A DNA stretch of 62,362 nucleotides from an uncultured Bifidobacterium sp. (GTDB taxonomy: Bacteria > Actinomycetota > Actinomycetes > Actinomycetales > Bifidobacteriaceae). The notes beneath the pieces were generated by a model. That model made no database searches. It was not told the origin of the DNA and worked only from the letters and a program-made list of their open reading frames with translations. Within the stretch, counting starts at the first letter, position 1; the number at the start of each line of letters is the position of its first letter. Both the position numbers and the translations under genes were made by a program. The stretch covers positions 1 to 62,362 of the forward strand of contig CALNAE010000212.1 of the NCBI GenBank assembly GCA_937874315.1. The letters run 5' to 3'. Shown here piece by piece: positions 57,865 through 62,362 of the stretch.

Positions 57865-60513
57865 TCAGCCCTCGAACGGATCGAAATCACGACGAACGCG
57901 GCGACGCGGACGCTCCGAGCGTTCCTCACGATCGGCACGATAGTCGTCATAGTTCTCGTCGGTGGCGTAGCGAGGATTGCGATCGTCACGGCGACCAAGA
58001 TAACCACGATCATCGCGGCGGTCCGCATGGCGATCCTCCTGCTCCTCACGCCGACGGCGCGGACGATCGTCAAAATCGCGATCGTCACGACGCTCCTCGC
58101 TGCGGTCCGAATGGCGCTCCTCGCGACGGCCCTCGTAGGAACCTTCGCGATCCTCATGACGATCCCTGCCGCCACGACGATCGTCGAAGTCGCGATCATC
58201 ATGATCGCGACGCCCGCGATATCCACCGCGATCGTCACGACGGCCACGGCCCGAACGACGATCGTCGCGGTCGCCGCGATCACGCCCGGAACGAGGCGCC
58301 GAGGATTCCTGATTCTCGAAGCCTGGGATGGCCAGCGAGATCTTGCCGCGATCGTCGACGCTCTGCACGATCACCTCGACGCTGTCGCCTTCCTTGAGGA
58401 CATCTTCGACGGCCTCGACTCGCTCGCCGTTGGTCAGATTCCTGATCTGGGAGATATGCAGCAGTCCGTCGGTTCCGGGAGTGAGATTCACGAAGGCACC
58501 GAAACTGGTGGTCTTCACGACCTTGCCATTGAAGGTCTCACCGGGCTGAGGCACATGCGGATTCGCGATGGAGTCGATGATGCCCTTCGCCTTCTCGGCG
58601 GCTTCCCCGCCCTCGGAGGAGATGTATACCGTGCCGTCGTCCTCGATGGTGACGTCGGCGCCGGTGTCCTCCTGGATCTGGTTGATCATCTTGCCCTTGG
58701 GCCCGATGACCTCACCGATCTTGTCCACCGGAACGGTGGTGGTGATGATACGCGGGGCGTAGGGACTCATCTCGGCGGGAGAATCGATGCACTCGTTGAT
58801 GACCTCGAGGATCGTCGTACGCGCTTCCTTGGCCTGCTGCAATGCGGCCGCCAGGATATCCGCGGGAATGCCGTCGAGCTTCGTATCCAGCTGCAGCGCC
58901 GTGATGAATTCGGACGTGCCGGCGACCTTGAAGTCCATGTCGCCGAATGCATCCTCGGCGCCCAGGATATCGGTCAGGGTCTTGTAGATATGCTCACCGT
59001 CGACGTCACCCGAGACCAGACCCATGGCGATGCCCGCCACCGGAGCCTTCAGCGGCACGCCGGCCGCCAGCAGGGACATCGTGGACGCGCACACGGAGCC
59101 CATCGAGGTCGAACCGTTCGAGCCGATGGCCTCGGAGACCTGACGAATCGCGTAGGGGAAATCCTCACGGCTTGGCAGCACGGGGACCAAAGCGCGCTCG
59201 GCCAATGCGCCATGGCCGATTTCACGACGCTTGGGCGAACCCACACGGCCGGTCTCGCCGGTCGAATACGGCGGCATCTCGTAGTTGTGCATGTACCGCT
59301 TGGTCTGCGGTCCGGAGATCGCATCGATCGTCTGCTCCATCTTGAGCATGTTGAGCGTGGTCACGCCCAGGATCTGCGTCTCACCACGCTGGAACAGCGC
59401 GGAGCCATGGACGCGAGGAACGATGTCGACCTCGGCGGACAGCGTGCGGATGTCGCGCAGGCCGCGACCATCGATACGGTAGTCCTGAGTGAGAATGCGA
59501 CGGCGCACGATCTGACGCTGCAGCTCCTTGAAGGCGTTGCCGAGTTCCTTGTCCTTCTCGGCGTCGCCCATATCGGTGAATTCACCGGCAAGCTGTTCGC
59601 GCACCTGCTCCTTGATCTCATGGATGCGATCCTGCCTGGGCAGCTTCTGCGCGATGGACAGCGCATCGTCGAGATCGGCGTGGGCTATCTCATCGATGCG
59701 AGTATAGAGCGCATCGGTGTATTCGGGGAACAGCGGGAACTCCTTGGTGTCCTTCGCGGCCACGCGCTTGAGTTCATCCTGAGCCTCGCAGATCACCTTG
59801 ATGAATGGCTTGGCGGCTTCCAGACCACCGGCCACCACTTCCTCATCGGGCTTGCGCTGGCCTTCGTTGTAGATCAGGTTCCAGGCGTTGGCACCGGCAC
59901 CGGCCTCGATCATGGCGATGGCGACATCGCCGTTCTCGATCACACGGCCCGCGACGACGATCTCGAATACGGCGCGTTCGCGCTCACTCCAACGAGGGAA
60001 GGCAATCCACTGACCATCGACCAACGCCAGACGCACGCCGGAAACCGGTCCCTCGAACGGCAGGCCGGAGATCATCGTCGAAGCCGAGGCGGCGTTGAGT
60101 GCGATCATGTCATATGCATCATCGGGATTGACGGACAACACCGTCTCGACGACCTGCACTTCGTTGCGCAGCGTGTGGGGGAACAGGGGACGCAGCGGGC
60201 GATCGATGATCCTGCACGCAAGAATGGCCTCCGATGAAGGACGACCTTCACGACGGAAGAACGAACCGGGAATCTTGCCCGCGGCGTACATCTTCTCCTC
60301 CACGTCGACCGTGAGCGGGAAGAAATCGTAATTTTCCTTCGGGCTTGAACCGGCGGTCGTGGTGGACAACACCATCGATTCGTCATCGAGATAGGCGGCT
60401 ACCGCGCCATCCGCCTGCTGGGCCAAACGCCCCGTTTCAAAGCGCAACGTGCGCTTCCCAAATGAACCATTGTCTATTACGGCCTCAACGGCCTTTATTT
60501 CGGGACCCTCCAC
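57865..60513 (-). CDS. pnp: Polyribonucleotide nucleotidyltransferase
   Basis: [65 protein letters not shown] and S1 domains, and a long R/D-rich tail. Confidence 0.98.
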   Translation of the reverse strand: MEGPEIKAVEAVIDNGSFGKRTLRFETGRLAQQADGAVAAYLDDESMVLSTTTAGSSPKENYDFFPLTVDVEEKMYAAGKIPGSFFRREGRPSSEAILACRIIDRPLRPLFPHTLRNEVQVVETVLSVNPDDAYDMIALNAASASTMISGLPFEGPVSGVRLALVDGQWIAFPRWSERERAVFEIVVAGRVIENGDVAIAMIEAGAGANAWNLIYNEGQRKPDEEVVAGGLEAAKPFIKVICEAQDELKRVAAKDTKEFPLFPEYTDALYTRIDEIAHADLDDALSIAQKLPRQDRIHEIKEQVREQLAGEFTDMGDAEKDKELGNAFKELQRQIVRRRILTQDYRIDGRGLRDIRTLSAEVDIVPRVHGSALFQRGETQILGVTTLNMLKMEQTIDAISGPQTKRYMHNYEMPPYSTGETGRVGSPKRREIGHGALAERALVPVLPSREDFPYAIRQVSEAIGSNGSTSMGSVCASTMSLLAAGVPLKAPVAGIAMGLVSGDVDGEHIYKTLTDILGAEDAFGDMDFKVAGTSEFITALQLDTKLDGIPADILAAALQQAKEARTTILEVINECIDSPAEMSPYAPRIITTTVPVDKIGEVIGPKGKMINQIQEDTGADVTIEDDGTVYISSEGGEAAEKAKGIIDSIANPHVPQPGETFNGKVVKTTSFGAFVNLTPGTDGLLHISQIRNLTNGERVEAVEDVLKEGDSVEVIVQSVDDRGKISLAIPGFENQESSAPRSGRDRGDRDDRRSGRGRRDDRGGYRGRRDHDDRDFDDRRGGRDRHEDREGSYEGRREERHSDRSEERRDDRDFDDRPRRRREEQEDRHADRRDDRGYLGRRDDRNPRYATDENYDDYRADREERSERPRRRVRRDFDPFEG

Positions 60514-60787
60514 GGGTTCCTCCTTTGTTTTCTGTTATCTATCTATCCAACAACATCACAGCCGCACGGTGTGATCCGGTCTCTGGTCGTATCCTCTGCG
60601 CCGACGCGGCATACCTGGCCGCGCATCCCTGTACCGAACGCATCCGTCGCCGTCCAACTTGAATTATCGATCCTCTCGCGAAGATCCTTGGCGTTTTCGC
60701 GGCATGGACTGCCACGCGTGCGTAATCCCAATCATCGTGCCCCAGAAGGACATACCCCGGTATCCGTTCACCCTTCACCATGCAAAA

Positions 60788-60815
60788 GTGCCCGGGCAAC
60801 TAGATGCCCGGGCAG
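60788..60815 (-). terminator. Hairpin after rpsO
   Basis: tgcccgggca-actaga-tgcccgggca (self-complementary arms), followed by a T-run on the minus strand. Confidence 0.65.
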
Positions 60816-60824
60816 AAGTCCGTA

Positions 60825-61094
60825 TTATCGACGCAGACCAAGCTCGTCGATCAACGTACGGTAGCGATCGATGTCGACCCGCTTGAGATAATCAAGCAGC
60901 CGCCGACGATCGCCGACCATCAGCAGCAGGCCACGACGAGAATGGTGGTCGTGCTTGTGGGACTTAAGATGTTCGGTCAAGTCGTTGACACGCTTGGTGA
61001 TCAAAGCGACCTGAACTTCGGGAGAACCCGTATCGCCTTCGTGCGTCGCGTACTTCGTGATAATCTCGTGCTTTTCTTCAGCCGTAAGTGCCAC
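60825..61094 (-). CDS. rpsO: 30S ribosomal protein S15
   Basis: [26 protein letters not shown] and LGLRR. GTG start after AAGGAGG; TATAAT at 61180-61185. Confidence 0.98.
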   Translation of the reverse strand: MALTAEEKHEIITKYATHEGDTGSPEVQVALITKRVNDLTEHLKSHKHDHHSRRGLLLMVGDRRRLLDYLKRVDIDRYRTLIDELGLRR

Positions 61095-61223
61095 GGCATC
61101 CTCCTTGTTGTTGCTGCGCGGTGCCTGCGACACCATGTCGAAGCGCTCTCTATCCGCGGGCGAAACACGCCAAGACAACATTATACCGAACGCCGTGGAT
61201 ATGAGCGGATCGACAACCGGCCC

Positions 61224-61925
61224 TCAGAGCAGGGAAGTGAGCAACCCGCCGAACAACACCACGATCAACACCACGATCTCGATGACGAAGTACATGATCA
61301 TCGAGGCCCAGCCCTGCGTCAGCACATTCAGCGGCGAGTCCTTGCGAATGACCACCAGCAGACCCACGAACAACACCGCGAACACGGCCACCCCGAGGCC
61401 CGCGGCGACGATGCCCAAATCCATGGCGTTCACGACTCCCGCGGATCGACCATACACGACATACGTGGAATACCAGTAGTCGAACCGCAGCAGGGCCACG
61501 CCCGCGATGAACTGCTCGGCCGCCAGAAAGAGCAGAAACAGCACACGCCATATCCAATGCCTCGCCTCGACGATGGCCATGGCCAGGCAGGTAAACATCA
61601 CCATGGTGACCGCCCAGGATGAGAATGCGGCACCTTGCAGCGAATAGTTGGCGAGCTGCTCCACCACGCCCCGGGTATGCTGCACGGCGAGCTGTCGGCC
61701 GAACCAGTAGGGTGCGACGAGTACCACCAACAGCGCGACGATGAACACCATCCAATGCATGGGTTTGAACTGCCGGCGTTCGATATCGGCCAACGAAAGA
61801 TCCGAAGATTCTATGGTGGGCTCGGGATGCTTAGAAACATCGACCGTTTCCACGACATCGCCGACTAACTCGGTCGCGGTGTTGTCCTTCCGGGAAGCCT
61901 GATCGTGACGAGGCGCATCGGCCAT
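61224..61925 (-). CDS. Hypothetical multi-pass membrane protein
   Basis: 233 aa with about five hydrophobic helices and a GAGGGG SD. No family recognised. Confidence 0.75.
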   Translation of the reverse strand: MADAPRHDQASRKDNTATELVGDVVETVDVSKHPEPTIESSDLSLADIERRQFKPMHWMVFIVALLVVLVAPYWFGRQLAVQHTRGVVEQLANYSLQGAAFSSWAVTMVMFTCLAMAIVEARHWIWRVLFLLFLAAEQFIAGVALLRFDYWYSTYVVYGRSAGVVNAMDLGIVAAGLGVAVFAVLFVGLLVVIRKDSPLNVLTQGWASMIMYFVIEIVVLIVVLFGGLLTSLL

Positions 61926-61999
61926 CGAGCCACCCCCCTCACTTTGAATTCACCCACATCTCACGCCATTCGAACACATCGACGCCTGCCGCGCACCAG

Positions 62000-62073
62000 T
62001 GGAGCGGACGACGGGAATCGAACCCGCGTAATCAGTTTGGAAGACTGAGGCTCTACCATTGAGCTACGTCCGC
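62000..62073 (-). tRNA. tRNA-Gly (TCC)
   Basis: GCGGACGTAGCTCAATGGTAGAGCC-TCAGT-CT-TCC-AA-ACTGA...GGTTCGATTCC...TCCA. CCA is encoded. Confidence 0.97.
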
Positions 62074-62213
62074 GTAATGACTGCTCGTGTGCACCGGCTG
62101 AAAACCGCAGCGCCGGCTTTCCGAACCGACTGCACAACAAACAACCTGAGCCATTATACATGACCCATGGCCGACGGCAACCGGCCATGGGCGAATGCCG
62201 TCGCGAAACCTTG

Positions 62214-62362
62214 CTAGTCACCCTGAACCAATACCACCGCCGAAGCCATATCCCCGTCATGACTCAGCGAAACATGCCACTCAGCGCGAAGCGACGCGCC
62301 ATCGCCGGCAGCCCCCGCGAAACCAGCGGGCCGCGTCGGCCGTATAGGTCGTCCAGCATTCG
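62214..62362 (-). CDS. acpS: Holo-ACP synthase (4'-phosphopantetheinyl transferase), 3' end only
   Basis: Hand translation of a frame missing from the ORF track: ...RAEWHVSLSHDGDMASAVVLVQGD*, the AcpS C-terminal S-L-S-H-D motif. Confidence 0.8.
   Translation of the reverse strand, partial: NAGRPIRPTRPAGFAGAAGDGASLRAEWHVSLSHDGDMASAVVLVQGD

Noticed and set aside
58027-60237. 736-aa plus-strand ORF antisense to pnp
   Set aside because: Shadow ORF from high-GC codon bias. It has no motifs and the opposite strand is clearly PNPase.
61961-62260. 99-aa minus-strand ORF across tRNA-Gly
   Set aside because: It overlaps the tRNA and the true acpS frame, so it is spurious.

Overview
High-GC Actinomycetota chromosome segment. 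Gene content and order point to a Bifidobacterium or other Bifidobacteriaceae. It is mostly core genome and mostly on the minus strand: rpsJ (partial), adhE, glgX, rplM-rpsI, malQ, dinB, fdxA-dapC, murB, a tRNA-Tyr/Thr/Met-rpmG cluster, pat/hisC, groES with a perfect CIRCE, a rimJ/GlpR-like and 5-FCL/FmdB/SAF block, an FHA protein plus a large degenerate helicase-nuclease, a MATE pump, rplJL, a VOC plus DeoP-like permease pair, an NCS2 purine permease, pstSCAB with senX3-regX3, mtnN, two tandem DAHP synthases, pepC, a FilP/DivIVA-like coiled-coil protein, pcp, pgeF, a U32 protein, an aldo/keto reductase, lemA-DUF2207 with a divergent two-component pair, pnp, rpsO, five tRNAs in total and the 3' end of acpS. 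I found no transposase, integrase, prophage or CRISPR array. The best leads are: (1) a ~100-nt structured, riboswitch-like leader of the purine permease that matches no class I recognise; (2) an intact 1,205-aa helicase-nuclease with degenerate catalytic motifs, coupled to an FHA protein; (3) a DeoP-like permease paired with a VOC metalloenzyme; (4) a helically phased CACG array and twin hairpins upstream of pepC. All product calls come from motif recognition by eye; no database search was run.
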